Below are positions 10,889 through 19,572 of a stretch of DNA of 32,000 nt, piece by piece. The position numbers and the translations under genes were made by a program. Origin of the DNA: Pseudidiomarina andamanensis (GTDB lineage: Bacteria > Pseudomonadota > Gammaproteobacteria > Enterobacterales > Alteromonadaceae); contig NZ_CP032551.1 in NCBI RefSeq assembly GCF_009734345.1, positions 270,001 to 302,000 of the forward strand. The letters run 5' to 3'. The notes below the pieces were generated by a model. The model did no database searches. It had not been told where the DNA came from and saw only the letters and a list, made by a program, of their open reading frames with translations. How positions within the stretch are numbered: the first letter of the stretch is position 1; every line of letters starts with the position of its first letter.

Positions 10889-11874
10889 TAGTTTTCGTCA
10901 AACGCCTCATAAGCCTGAACGATGCGTTGCACCACAGGGTGGCGCACGACATCAGAAGCTTGGAAGAAAGTGAAACTGACATCATCGACATCTTTCAGTA
11001 CTTCGATGACGTGGCGTAGTCCAGATTTTTGGCCTCGCGGCAAGTCAACCTGAGTGATATCACCTGTGATAACGGCACGAGAATTAAAGCCGATACGGGT
11101 AAGGAACATTTTCATCTGTTCGCACGTCGTGTTTTGACTTTCATCGAGAATAATAAACGCGTCGTTTAATGTGCGACCACGCATATAGGCAAGTGGTGCA
11201 ACTTCTATGACATTGCGTTCAATGAGCTTTTCAACTCTTTCAAACCCGAGCATTTCAAATAATGCGTCGTATAACGGACGTAAGTACGGGTCGACCTTTT
11301 GTGCGAGATCGCCAGGTAAAAAGCCAAGTTTTTCACCGGCTTCAACCGCTGGACGCGTTAACAAAATACGGCGAATCTCTTGGCGTTCCAATGCGTCTAC
11401 AGCACAAGCCACCGCCAAATACGTTTTACCAGTACCGGCAGGGCCAACGCCAAAGTTAACGTCATGAGTCAAAATAGCGCGTACATATTCAGACTGGTTA
11501 TGATTGCGCGGCTTAATTAACCCACGTTTGGTTTTGATGTGGGTCATTTTTTCTGCCGCCGGATCATTCTCCGGTGACTGCTCGAGCACTTTGGCTTGTT
11601 GCACCGCTAAGTGCACCATTTGCGGTGTTACTTTGCCTTCTTCGCCTTTAACCGTTGCGGTTTCGACATAAAGATCACGCAGAATTTTGGCGCCTGCTTG
11701 CACCGTATGGTTCGGACCAATCAAACGGAATTCATTATGGCGATAGCTAATTTCAATGCCTAAACGACGTTCGATATGCTTTAAATTTTCATCTAAAGCG
11801 CCGCAAAGATCAGCGATGCGGCGATTATCGGCTGGTTCTAAATCGATGTCCAACGTACTAACAGTTTGACTCAA
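10888..11874 (-). CDS. ybeZ: PhoH-like ATPase (YbeZ)
   Basis: Walker A motif [11 protein letters not shown] and Walker B motif FIILDESQN. 328 aa. Lies in miaB-ybeZ-ybeY synteny. Confidence 0.92.
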   Translation of the reverse strand: MSQTVSTLDIDLEPADNRRIADLCGALDENLKHIERRLGIEISYRHNEFRLIGPNHTVQAGAKILRDLYVETATVKGEEGKVTPQMVHLAVQQAKVLEQSPENDPAAEKMTHIKTKRGLIKPRNHNQSEYVRAILTHDVNFGVGPAGTGKTYLAVACAVDALERQEIRRILLTRPAVEAGEKLGFLPGDLAQKVDPYLRPLYDALFEMLGFERVEKLIERNVIEVAPLAYMRGRTLNDAFIILDESQNTTCEQMKMFLTRIGFNSRAVITGDITQVDLPRGQKSGLRHVIEVLKDVDDVSFTFFQASDVVRHPVVQRIVQAYEAFDEN

Positions 11875-11889
11875 GGTTACCTCGTTACT

Positions 11890-13332
11890 TTAATTGGCTT
11901 GTGGCGGCACAAAGGTGGCGACACCCAATTCATCAGGCTGTGTTTTTGCCTGACGTGCGAGAATGGCTTGTGGCGATGTATCGACTCGTAAGCCCATATC
12001 GGATTCCACGCGCAAGACTTCGCCACGCAGTGAGTTGACAAAGACATCGGTGACTTTCACATCAACAAATTTACCGATCATATCTGGCGTACCCATAAAG
12101 TTCACAACACGGTTGTTCTCAGTACGCCCGCTTAACTCCATTGGGTCTTTTTTCGATGGTCCAGTAACCAAAATACGTTGTTCAGTACCTAACATACGGC
12201 GAGCATGAGCGTGCGCCTGCTGATTCAAGCGTTGCTGCAATAGTTGCAGGCGCTGCTTTTTGGTATCTTCGCTAACGTCATCAGGTAAATCGGCAGCTGG
12301 TGTACCAGGGCGCGCACTATAGATGAAACTGAAGCTCATGTCATAGTCAACGGCTTGAATCAAATCCATAGTTGCTTCGAAATCAGCATCGGTTTCACCC
12401 GGGAAGCCAATGATAAAGTCGGAGCTCATCGCGATGTCTGGGCGAATTTTTTTCAGCTTACGGATCTGAGATTTGTACTCAAGCGCCGTATGGCCGCGTT
12501 TCATCAATGTCAGAATGCGGTCAGAACCACTTTGCACAGGTAAATGCAAATGGCTCACCAGCTCAGGAATGGTCGCGTAGGCTTCAATAATATCGTCAGT
12601 AAACTCGACCGGATGAGAGGTGGTGTAACGGATACGGTCAATGCCATCAATGGCTGCTACCAAATGCAGTAATTCAGCAAAACGACAAACGGTGCCGTCA
12701 TGATGCTCACCACGGAACGCGTTCACATTCTGCCCAAGTAAATTCACTTCGCGAACGCCTTGTTCAGCAAGCTGAGCGATTTCAAATAACACGTCATCAA
12801 CTGGACGACTAACTTCTTCGCCGCGGGTATAAGGCACAACGCAGAAGGTACAGTATTTGCTGCACCCTTCCATAATTGAAACAAACGCGCTTGGACCATC
12901 AGCTTTTGGTTCTGGTAAGCGGTCAAATTTTTCAATTTCCGGAAACGAAATATCAACCATTGGTGTGTGGTTGGTCTGAACTTGTTTGACCATTTCTGGC
13001 AAGCGATGCAGTGTTTGCGGACCGAAGACGATATCAACATATGGCGCGCGTTGACGAATATGATCACCTTCTTGCGATGCCACACAGCCGCCCACACCAA
13101 TAACGAGATCAGGATTTTTATCTTTAAGAGTTTTCCAGCGCCCTAATTGATGGAACACTTTCTCTTGCGCCTTTTCGCGAATAGAGCAGGTGTTGAGCAG
13201 GATTAAGTCAGCCTCTTCTGGCTCTGCAGCGACATCATAACCGTGCGTTGCTTTGAGTAGATCAGCCATTTTCGCTGAATCGTACTCGTTCATCTGACAA
13301 CCCCACGTTTTAATATATAACTTCTTACTCAT
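11890..13332 (-). CDS. miaB: tRNA-2-methylthio-N6-dimethylallyladenosine synthase (radical SAM methylthiotransferase)
   Basis: N-terminal UPF0004 cysteines (WGCQMN...NTCSIR...GGCVA), a radical-SAM CSKYCTFC motif and a C-terminal TRAM domain. 480 aa. Confidence 0.95.
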   Translation of the reverse strand: MSKKLYIKTWGCQMNEYDSAKMADLLKATHGYDVAAEPEEADLILLNTCSIREKAQEKVFHQLGRWKTLKDKNPDLVIGVGGCVASQEGDHIRQRAPYVDIVFGPQTLHRLPEMVKQVQTNHTPMVDISFPEIEKFDRLPEPKADGPSAFVSIMEGCSKYCTFCVVPYTRGEEVSRPVDDVLFEIAQLAEQGVREVNLLGQNVNAFRGEHHDGTVCRFAELLHLVAAIDGIDRIRYTTSHPVEFTDDIIEAYATIPELVSHLHLPVQSGSDRILTLMKRGHTALEYKSQIRKLKKIRPDIAMSSDFIIGFPGETDADFEATMDLIQAVDYDMSFSFIYSARPGTPAADLPDDVSEDTKKQRLQLLQQRLNQQAHAHARRMLGTEQRILVTGPSKKDPMELSGRTENNRVVNFMGTPDMIGKFVDVKVTDVFVNSLRGEVLRVESDMGLRVDTSPQAILARQAKTQPDELGVATFVPPQAN

Positions 13333-13435
13333 AAACCTCTGCGCTCATCTACTTCGTTGTGTCGCTTATCACATTGATACGACCACAATCGGACACCACA
13401 TCATAAAAGGGTAGCTATTTTAGCTTGAACCAAGC

Positions 13436-14320
13436 CTAACTGCCAACTTTGTGACCAGTTTCTGCCTTGCGACGTGTACGAATTGCTAAATATCCCGCAA
13501 CCGTAATAATCGAGGCGCCTAAAATCATACTCACGGTAATGGGTTCATCCCAAAACCAATACCCCATAAGCGCCGCAAATATCACCGAGCTGTAGGTGAA
13601 TACACCCACTCGAGCCGCCGGTGCTAGCGCAAAAGCCTTGGTCATGCCGAGCTGTCCTGCAACGGCTAAGCCACCCATGGCAATAATACCCAACCAATGT
13701 TCACTAGCAATTGACTCACCACGCCAAATTAACGGAATGGCTGAAATCACGGTTGCTAATGTCGAAAAATAAAAGACAATTTTACTTGATGACTCTGTTG
13801 CTGACATCTGTCGGATCAAGGTTTTGGTAAATGCAGCTAAACAAGCCGCAATAAAAGCGATACCGATAATCGGTGATAAATGCGTCTCGGCAGGGTTTAA
13901 GAAAACAAATACCCCAATAAAACCAATACCAATCGCAATCCAAGTTTGCGCGAGCACGCGTTCTTTTAACCAAACCCGACCGATAATTGGAATAATAAAT
14001 GGCGATAACAGTAACACCAAGGTCGCTTGCGCGAGTGGCAGATTTGCGATGGCGTAAAAGAAAAGATACATCGCGGCAAGCCCAGCTAAACCGCGTGTTA
14101 AATGAAAACGCCATGCTTTGGTTTTGAATGCATCAGGGCCTTTACGCCATAACCATGGTAGCAATACGACAAACGCCATTAAGTTTCTGAAAAACACTAA
14201 TTGTTCAGAAGGCAAATCGGTGCTCAAATACTTTACTAACGCACTGACGCCAGCAAAACAAAGCTCGGCGCCAAGTACCAAAGCAGAAGCAATCACCACC
14301 GTTCGTTGTGGGGTGTCCAT
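13436..14320 (-). CDS. EamA/DMT-family permease
   Basis: 294 aa and about 10 hydrophobic helices, consistent with two EamA repeats. Substrate unknown. Confidence 0.8.
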   Translation of the reverse strand: MDTPQRTVVIASALVLGAELCFAGVSALVKYLSTDLPSEQLVFFRNLMAFVVLLPWLWRKGPDAFKTKAWRFHLTRGLAGLAAMYLFFYAIANLPLAQATLVLLLSPFIIPIIGRVWLKERVLAQTWIAIGIGFIGVFVFLNPAETHLSPIIGIAFIAACLAAFTKTLIRQMSATESSSKIVFYFSTLATVISAIPLIWRGESIASEHWLGIIAMGGLAVAGQLGMTKAFALAPAARVGVFTYSSVIFAALMGYWFWDEPITVSMILGASIITVAGYLAIRTRRKAETGHKVGS

Positions 14321-14364
14321 AATGTCCTTACGCGGTGTTTTAACCGCACCCAGAGAGAAGAATA

Positions 14365-14718
14365 ATGAACCGTTATCTTATCACGATCACTTTACTTACG
14401 TTGAGCAATGTTTTTATGACCTTTGCGTGGTACGCGCATTTAAAAAACATGGCCGACAAACCTTGGATTATTGCTGCATTTGCGAGTTGGGGTATCGCTC
14501 TTATTGAATATTTGCTGCAAGTTCCCGCGAACCGAATTGGTTACGAGGTAATGAATCTTGGACAATTAAAAATTCTACAAGAAGTGATCACACTCTCAGT
14601 TTTTGTGCCATTTGCCTTGTTTTACATGAAAGAAAAATTAACTTGGGATTATTTATGGGCTGGGCTGTGTATTTGTGGCGCAGTATTTTTTATTATGCGA
14701 AGTAAGTTAACTGGGTAA
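14365..14718 (+). CDS. Small DMT-superfamily membrane protein (DUF486-like)
   Basis: 117 aa with four hydrophobic helices. The N-terminus SNVFMTFAWYAHLK is typical, from memory, of the DUF486/DMT small-protein family. Confidence 0.7.
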   Translation: MNRYLITITLLTLSNVFMTFAWYAHLKNMADKPWIIAAFASWGIALIEYLLQVPANRIGYEVMNLGQLKILQEVITLSVFVPFALFYMKEKLTWDYLWAGLCICGAVFFIMRSKLTG

Positions 14719-14732
14719 ATAGGTATAAATAT

Positions 14733-15857
14733 ATGAATGTGGTCGTTGTCGGCGGTGGTATGGTGGGCGCTAGTGCGGCTGTTTCCATAGCGAAACTGGG
14801 GCATCACGTAACCGTTATAGAAGCGGGCAAGACTGTTCTAAGTGAAGGTGATTGGGATTTACGTATTTCATCCATTCATTTGCGAAATGTTGAGTGGCTG
14901 AAAGAGTTAGGCACTTGGTCAAACATTCGCGCTGAGCGCAAATTCATGTATACCGATTTGGCGGTGCAGACTCTTGATGGTTACCGGTTGAATTTTTCTA
15001 ATAATGACGTTGATGCGTTAGCTCTTGGCGCGATGGTTGAAAATAATGCATTGCAAGAAGCGTTATGGGAGCAATTCTCAGAGCACAATATTTCGGTATA
15101 CAGTGAAACACGCGTAGAACACTTTGATTTAACTGATCGTCGTGTGAGGTTAAGCAACGGCGAAATACTCACCTATGATTTGTTGCTTGGTGCCGATGGC
15201 GCACAGTCACAAGTGGCAAAGGCCGCGCAAATTGGCCAACGTGGGTGGGATTATGATATGCGTTGTATGCTTGCCATAGCCGATGTTGAGAAGCCATTAC
15301 CTGCGGCCACCTGGGAAATTTTTCGTAGTGAAGGGCCATTTGCGCTGCTGCCATTAAACGATCATCTAGCTTGTTTAATCGACTATCGTTCAGAACAACA
15401 ATGGCAAGAATTTACTGGAAAGAATGAAGCAGTACAGCAAAGTTTGAACAATGTTTTCGAACCTCATATTGGCAAACATACCATCACTCAATTCGCGAGC
15501 TTCCCATTACGTCGACAACGTGCATTGCGATATATCAGCCACGATTCGATTGCCTTGATTGGTGACGCGGCGCATAGCATTCATCCGCTAGCGGGGCAGG
15601 GTGTGAACTTAGGCTTTGCTGATGTACAAGAATTAACGCGGCAACTTGTTGAGCAGCCCCTTCCAGAGGCATTAGCCAAATATGAGCGGATTCGTATGCA
15701 AGAGAATCAACAGATGATGCGCGCGATGGATGCGATTCACGTTGGTTTCCGCTCACAACATTTGCTACCGCGAGGTTTGTTAGCGCTTGGATTGGCATTA
15801 GTTGATAAGGTTGCACCACTGAAACGTGAGCTTGTGCGCAAAGCCATCGGCTTCTGA
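14733..15857 (+). CDS. ubiF: FAD-dependent ubiquinone-biosynthesis hydroxylase, UbiH/UbiF/VisC family (UbiF-like by synteny)
   Basis: Rossmann motif VVVVGGGMVGAS and GDAAHSIHPLAGQGVNLG motif. Its position between miaB and the Met/Leu/Gln tRNA operon mirrors E. coli miaB-ubiF-tRNA. The paralog assignment rests on synteny only. Confidence 0.7.
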   Translation: MNVVVVGGGMVGASAAVSIAKLGHHVTVIEAGKTVLSEGDWDLRISSIHLRNVEWLKELGTWSNIRAERKFMYTDLAVQTLDGYRLNFSNNDVDALALGAMVENNALQEALWEQFSEHNISVYSETRVEHFDLTDRRVRLSNGEILTYDLLLGADGAQSQVAKAAQIGQRGWDYDMRCMLAIADVEKPLPAATWEIFRSEGPFALLPLNDHLACLIDYRSEQQWQEFTGKNEAVQQSLNNVFEPHIGKHTITQFASFPLRRQRALRYISHDSIALIGDAAHSIHPLAGQGVNLGFADVQELTRQLVEQPLPEALAKYERIRMQENQQMMRAMDAIHVGFRSQHLLPRGLLALGLALVDKVAPLKRELVRKAIGF

Positions 15858-15859
15858 AC

Positions 15860-15985
15860 CGTTATTGGCTATTCGTTATTGGTTACTCGAAGGGGAAATT
15901 CGGGAAACAAAAAAGCGTCATTGGTTAATCGTAATTTGATGTTATTAGCTTTTACCAATAACGAATAACGACTAACCAATAACGC
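15860..15985. repeat. MITE-like inverted pair of heptad-array repeats, with arms of 4 x 7 nt (consensus SANTAAC)
   Basis: The left arm 15861-15888 reads on the minus strand GAGTAAC CAATAAC GAATAGC CAATAAC. The right arm 15956-15983 reads on the plus strand CAATAAC GAATAAC GACTAAC CAATAAC. The arms are about 23/26 complementary and are separated by about 67 nt. The element lies between convergent ubiF-like and tRNA-Leu. Confidence 0.7.
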
Positions 15986-16018
15986 TTTCAGTCTGTTCAT
16001 TGCGGTTCACCACCGAGG

Positions 16019-16105
16019 TGGTGCGGAGGGGGGGACTTGAACCCCCACGAGCGTTAGCTCACTAGCACCTGAAGCTAGCGCGTCTACCAATTCCGCCACC
16101 CCCGC
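16019..16105 (-). tRNA. tRNA-Leu (anticodon CAG)
   Basis: The reverse complement reads GCGGGGGTGGCGGAATTGGTAGACGCGCTAGCTTCAGGTGCTAGT...GGTTCAAGTCCCCCCCTCCGCACCA. It has a long variable arm and encoded CCA, and is near-identical in its conserved parts to E. coli tRNA-Leu(CAG). Confidence 0.93.
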
Positions 16106-16123
16106 AATACACAGGGGAAAAAG

Positions 16124-16198
16124 TGGCTGGGGTATCAGGATTTGAACCTGAGAATGGCGGGATCAAAACCCGCTGCCTTACCGCTTGGCTATACCCCA
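16124..16198 (-). tRNA. tRNA-Gln (anticodon UUG), copy 1
   Basis: The reverse complement reads TGGGGTATAGCCAAGCGGTAAGGCAGCGGGTTTTGATCCCGCCATTCTCAGGTTCAAATCCTGATACCCCAGCCA. 75 nt with a cloverleaf and encoded CCA. Confidence 0.93.
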
Positions 16199-16228
16199 AC
16201 ACTGGGTGCATCAAGAAGAGAGTGGCGA

Positions 16229-16303
16229 TGGCTGGGGTACCAGGATTTGAACCTGGGAATGGCGGGATCAAAACCCGCTGCCTTACCGCTTGGCTATACC
16301 CCA
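16229..16303 (-). tRNA. tRNA-Gln (anticodon UUG), copy 2
   Basis: Same sequence as copy 1 except for a compensatory pair in the T-stem (CCAGG/CCTGG versus TCAGG/CCTGA). Confidence 0.93.
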
Positions 16304-16331
16304 ACAGAATATACCGCCTGACAGTTTGAGT

Positions 16332-16416
16332 TGGTGCGGACGGAGAGACTTGAACTCTCACGCCGTGAGGCACTGGAACCTAAATCCAGCGTGTCTACCA
16401 ATTCCACCACGTCCGC
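16332..16416 (-). tRNA. tRNA-Leu (anticodon UAG)
   Basis: The reverse complement reads GCGGACGTGGTGGAATTGGTAGACACGCTGGATTTAGGTTCCAGTGCCTCACGGCGTGAGAGTTCAAGTCTCTCCGTCCGCACCA. It resembles E. coli leuW. Confidence 0.92.
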
Positions 16417-16433
16417 CCAAAAGGGAATTTGAT

Positions 16434-16510
16434 TGGTGGCTACGGCGAGATTCGAACTTGCGACCCCAGCATTATGAGTGCTGTGCTCTAACCAGCTGAG
16501 CTACGTAGCC
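16434..16510 (-). tRNA. Elongator tRNA-Met (anticodon CAU)
   Basis: The reverse complement reads GGCTACGTAGCTCAGCTGGTTAGAGCACAGCACTCATAATGCTGGGGTCGCAAGTTCGAATCTCGCCGTAGCCACCA. It is nearly identical to E. coli metT/metU elongator tRNA. Confidence 0.93.
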
Positions 16511-16554
16511 AACATCAAATTTTAATCAAACTGCACTCGTTGAGTGCGGCGCGT

Positions 16555-16583
16555 ATTATGCAAATCAGGGGCGAAAGCGTCAA
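16555..16583 (-). promoter_or_regulatory. Sigma70 promoter of the tRNA operon, with a GC-rich discriminator (stringent type) and an A/T-rich upstream region
   Basis: On the minus strand: TTGACG (16583-16578), a 17-nt spacer, CATAAT (16560-16555), then ACGCGCCGC. An A/T-rich tract (GGATTTTTTGAGAAAAAGAG) lies just upstream of the -35. The -10 lies about 45 nt upstream of tRNA-Met. Confidence 0.7.
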
Positions 16584-16717
16584 CCTCTTTTTCTCAAAAA
16601 ATCCATGATTTCTGCGCGATTGCTTAAAAAACGGATAGTTTGCTTATTTATTCGGCGACTAATTCACTGATTGATACGAAACTGTCGATAATACGCGCAC
16701 TATTTTTAATTAGGGTG

Positions 16718-17383
16718 TTACCACGGTAGTGAGTCACCGTTGCTATGCTTAAATTGACCGGTGGTTGCAATGGATAGTTCGTCGATACGTTGAATTAATC
16801 GTTCGGCTGCCGTTTCTGCACTGATATCGCCGGCGTTATTCACCATCTCGGTTTGTACGAAGCCGGGATGTAGCATGGCGACAGCAATGCCATCGTCTTT
16901 CAGGTCATTCGCTAATGAAACGCCTGCCGCGTTTAAGGCGGCTTTACTCATGCGGTAGCCATAGTAGGCACCGGAACCATTATCAGCCATTGAGCCCATG
17001 CGGCTGGTGATCATGATAACTTTGCTACCTTTGTGAAGATTGTCTCGAAGGGCATCCGTCACTAACAGTGGTCCCATCGCATTCACTTTGAATTGCGCTT
17101 CAATGGTTGACGTTGAGAGACTGCCAAGTTGTTCACGCTCAAGCAAGCCGGCATTATTAATTAATATGTCGATGGCTTTGCCGTGCAGCTGTTGGCTCAA
17201 TTGAGTAATACTCTCAAGGTTCGTCACATCGATGTTCTCAATAATCGAAACCCCGAGCGCTTTGAGTTCGTTGGAAGCTTTACGACAGACTGCGGTGACG
17301 GAGTCGCCGCGTTGCTTAAATTGTGTCGCGAGAGCCAATCCAATGCCGCGGTTAGCACCGGTAATTACAATATGTTGTGACAT
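16718..17383 (-). CDS. Short-chain dehydrogenase/reductase (classical SDR, CsgA/C-factor-like subgroup)
   Basis: TGANRGIG cofactor motif, NNAG motif and YRMSK catalytic Tyr/Lys. 221 aa. Confidence 0.85.
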   Translation of the reverse strand: MSQHIVITGANRGIGLALATQFKQRGDSVTAVCRKASNELKALGVSIIENIDVTNLESITQLSQQLHGKAIDILINNAGLLEREQLGSLSTSTIEAQFKVNAMGPLLVTDALRDNLHKGSKVIMITSRMGSMADNGSGAYYGYRMSKAALNAAGVSLANDLKDDGIAVAMLHPGFVQTEMVNNAGDISAETAAERLIQRIDELSIATTGQFKHSNGDSLPW

Positions 17384-17392
17384 TTCTACTCC

Positions 17393-18778
17393 TTAAATTA
17401 AGTTTTTCGGATTGAGCAGTTGTTCGAGTTTATCGCGAGGAATATCGGTCATCTCTACAGCGACCTCGAGAATAGGGCGCTGCTGCTGGTAGGCTTGTTT
17501 GGCAATTTCAGCGGCTTTGTTGTAGCCAATCTCCCGATTCAATGCGGTTACCAAGATCGGATTTTTTGCCAAGGCCTCATTTAAGCGATCGTGATTGACC
17601 GTGAAGTCAGCGATCGCTTTATCAGCAAGCGCATGTGCAGCGTTGCTGAGTAGCTCGATACTTTGCAATTGATTAAAAGCTATCACTGGTAGCATCACGT
17701 TCAATTGAAAATTGCCTTGCTGGGCGGCGATAGAAACCGTGTGGTGGTTGCCAGCAACTTGTGCGCAAACCATCGTAACAGCTTCAGGAATAACCGGATT
17801 TACTTTGCCTGGCATGATGCTGCTACCCGGTTGCAAGGCTTTTAGACTAATTTCGCCAAGCCCTGCCAGCGGACCGCTATTCATCCACCGTAAGTCATTA
17901 CTTATTTTCAGCAACACAGCACTTAAAGCGTTTAACTGACCACTTAGTGCCAAGTTGACCTCTTGGCCCGCAATACCGGCGAACGGATTTGAGCTTGCTT
18001 CAAATTTGGTTGCGGTGCGTTGACTTAGGAAATGGCAAAAGCGCTCGCCAAATTTTTCTGGTGCATTAATTCCCGATCCTATTGCAGTGCCACCTTGTGG
18101 CAAACTGCTGGCTAGCGACAATGCATGGTTTAAACCACTTTCAACATGTTCAAGTTGCGTGCCCCACGCTCGTAACTCTTGCGCCATGCTTAATGGCATA
18201 GCATCCATCAAATGAGTGCGACCGGTTTTAATGGTTTCAGTGAGCGTCTTAGCTTTCTGTTCAATCGTATGTCTGAGATGCGTTAATGCCGGTATTAAGT
18301 TCGTTCGCAGACTCAGCACGCTACTAACCAAAATTGCGGTAGGAATCACATCGTTACTGCTCTGGCTGGCATTCACATGATCGTTTGGATGTATTTGCAC
18401 ACCACAGAGCTTGTCGGCCAGTGACGCAATCACTTCGTTCATATTCATGTTGGTACTGGTGCCAGAGCCCGTTTGGAATATATCAAGCGGGAATGCCTCA
18501 TCAGCTTGCCCAGCTATAATAGCTTCAACTGCTTTATGAACCGCATCAGCTTGCTGCTTGGAAATAACGTCGGCCTCACAATTGGCATCGGCTGCTGCAG
18601 CCTTAATATGTGCAAGCGTATAGATAAATTCGATGGGGAACACCAGTTTGCTCAACTGAAAATTTTGCCTAGCACGCTCGGTTTGAGCGCGCCACAGGGC
18701 ATTCTGGGGCACTTCAACTTGACCCATGCTATCTTTTTCAACGCGTGTATCAGTCTTCTCGTTGTTTCCTTTTTGCAT
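17393..18778 (-). CDS. Class II fumarate hydratase / aspartase-superfamily lyase (FumC-like)
   Basis: GSSIMPGKVNP signature loop. N-terminal EKDSMGQVEVPQNALWRAQTER and QTGSGTSTNMNMNEV are FumC-like, but the residues after the SS loop (PVIPEAV) are AspA-like. 461 aa. Confidence 0.8.
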   Translation of the reverse strand: MQKGNNEKTDTRVEKDSMGQVEVPQNALWRAQTERARQNFQLSKLVFPIEFIYTLAHIKAAAADANCEADVISKQQADAVHKAVEAIIAGQADEAFPLDIFQTGSGTSTNMNMNEVIASLADKLCGVQIHPNDHVNASQSSNDVIPTAILVSSVLSLRTNLIPALTHLRHTIEQKAKTLTETIKTGRTHLMDAMPLSMAQELRAWGTQLEHVESGLNHALSLASSLPQGGTAIGSGINAPEKFGERFCHFLSQRTATKFEASSNPFAGIAGQEVNLALSGQLNALSAVLLKISNDLRWMNSGPLAGLGEISLKALQPGSSIMPGKVNPVIPEAVTMVCAQVAGNHHTVSIAAQQGNFQLNVMLPVIAFNQLQSIELLSNAAHALADKAIADFTVNHDRLNEALAKNPILVTALNREIGYNKAAEIAKQAYQQQRPILEVAVEMTDIPRDKLEQLLNPKNLI

Positions 18779-18897
18779 GTTCTACCCCTATGGGTTAACA
18801 AATGTAGTGCATTTGTTGTAGCCGATCAGTTAAGCTGATCTCAATTGATTATATTCAGTATTTATTAAATAACTTCACCCTTAAGCATGGGGTCACA

Positions 18898-19572
18898 ATG
18901 ACCAAGTTTCAAATTGTTTTCCTAATGACATTATGGTTCACGCAGGGTTTTTCGGCAGTTTCCGCTCAGGAAACGACGTCTGTAGACGCATTGACCGTGA
19001 CAGTACTCGATAGCAATCAGCAGCCGTTGGCGCTTGCGGTTGTGAGTGTCAATGGTGTTGAGTTGGCAACATCTGAACAACCTACTGCAATTATGGATCA
19101 AGTAGATCGATTGTTTGTGCCCTATATTTTAGCCGTTCGTGAAAACGCGCAAGTGGCATTTCCGAACCGCGATAACATTCGTCATCAAGTGTATTCATTT
19201 TCAGAAGTTAAACCGTTCGAACTCCCTTTATATAGCAATCGTGAAGCTCCAGAGATTCAATTCGAGAATTCGGGCATTGTGGTGTTAGGCTGCAATATCC
19301 ATGATCATATGCAGGCTTATATTTATGTTAGCCCGCACGATTTATCTCGCCAAACAAACGCGCAGGGAACAGTAACGTTGCCGTTAGGCGCAACGCAAGT
19401 GCACGTTTGGTATCCGTCATTAACTGACGTGGTAACAGAAGAAATGGTGGTACCGATAGTGGCTGGACAAAAGCAATTGACGGTGACGTTACCGGTACAA
19501 GCACAACACCAAAGTCCGCCGCCCGCATCAGCATTGCAACAACGTTTTAATCGTCGGAAAAATAATAATTAA
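18898..19572 (+). CDS. Secreted cupredoxin-like protein, of the family I recall being annotated 'methylamine utilization protein'
   Basis: Signal peptide MTKFQIVFLMTLWFTQGFSAVSA|QE. Core segment VAFPNRDNIRHQVYSF...GIVVLGCNIHDHM carries His...Cys-x2-His-x2-Met in amicyanin-like spacing. GGGG lies 5 nt upstream of the ATG. The stop abuts the next gene's start (TAAATG). Confidence 0.7.
   Translation: MTKFQIVFLMTLWFTQGFSAVSAQETTSVDALTVTVLDSNQQPLALAVVSVNGVELATSEQPTAIMDQVDRLFVPYILAVRENAQVAFPNRDNIRHQVYSFSEVKPFELPLYSNREAPEIQFENSGIVVLGCNIHDHMQAYIYVSPHDLSRQTNAQGTVTLPLGATQVHVWYPSLTDVVTEEMVVPIVAGQKQLTVTLPVQAQHQSPPPASALQQRFNRRKNNN

Noticed and set aside
16008-16023. Hairpin CACCAC-cgag-GTGGTG at the 3' end of tRNA-Leu(CAG), considered as an operon terminator
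   Set aside because: Half of the stem is the tRNA acceptor/CCA end itself, and no U-run follows on the minus transcript. It is more likely a processing context, with the long inverted repeat downstream the better terminator candidate.
16124-16303. Tandem 75-nt repeat that could be mistaken for a CRISPR-like or satellite array
   Set aside because: There are only two copies. Each folds as a complete tRNA-Gln(UUG) with encoded CCA, and no cas genes are present.
16062-16499. ORFs 16062..16373(-), 16123..16329(+) and 16290..16499(+)
   Set aside because: They run straight through five tRNA genes. Their repeated peptide segments ([14 protein letters not shown]) simply reflect the duplicated tRNA-Gln sequence.
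18845-18858. FNR/CRP-family-like box TTGATtataTTCAG upstream of the signalling operon
   Set aside because: It matches TTGAT-N4-ATCAA at only 8 of 10 positions. It is centred about 46 nt from the ATG, so a class II position (-41.5) would leave no room for the leader and SD. It may simply be a -35-like TTGATT.
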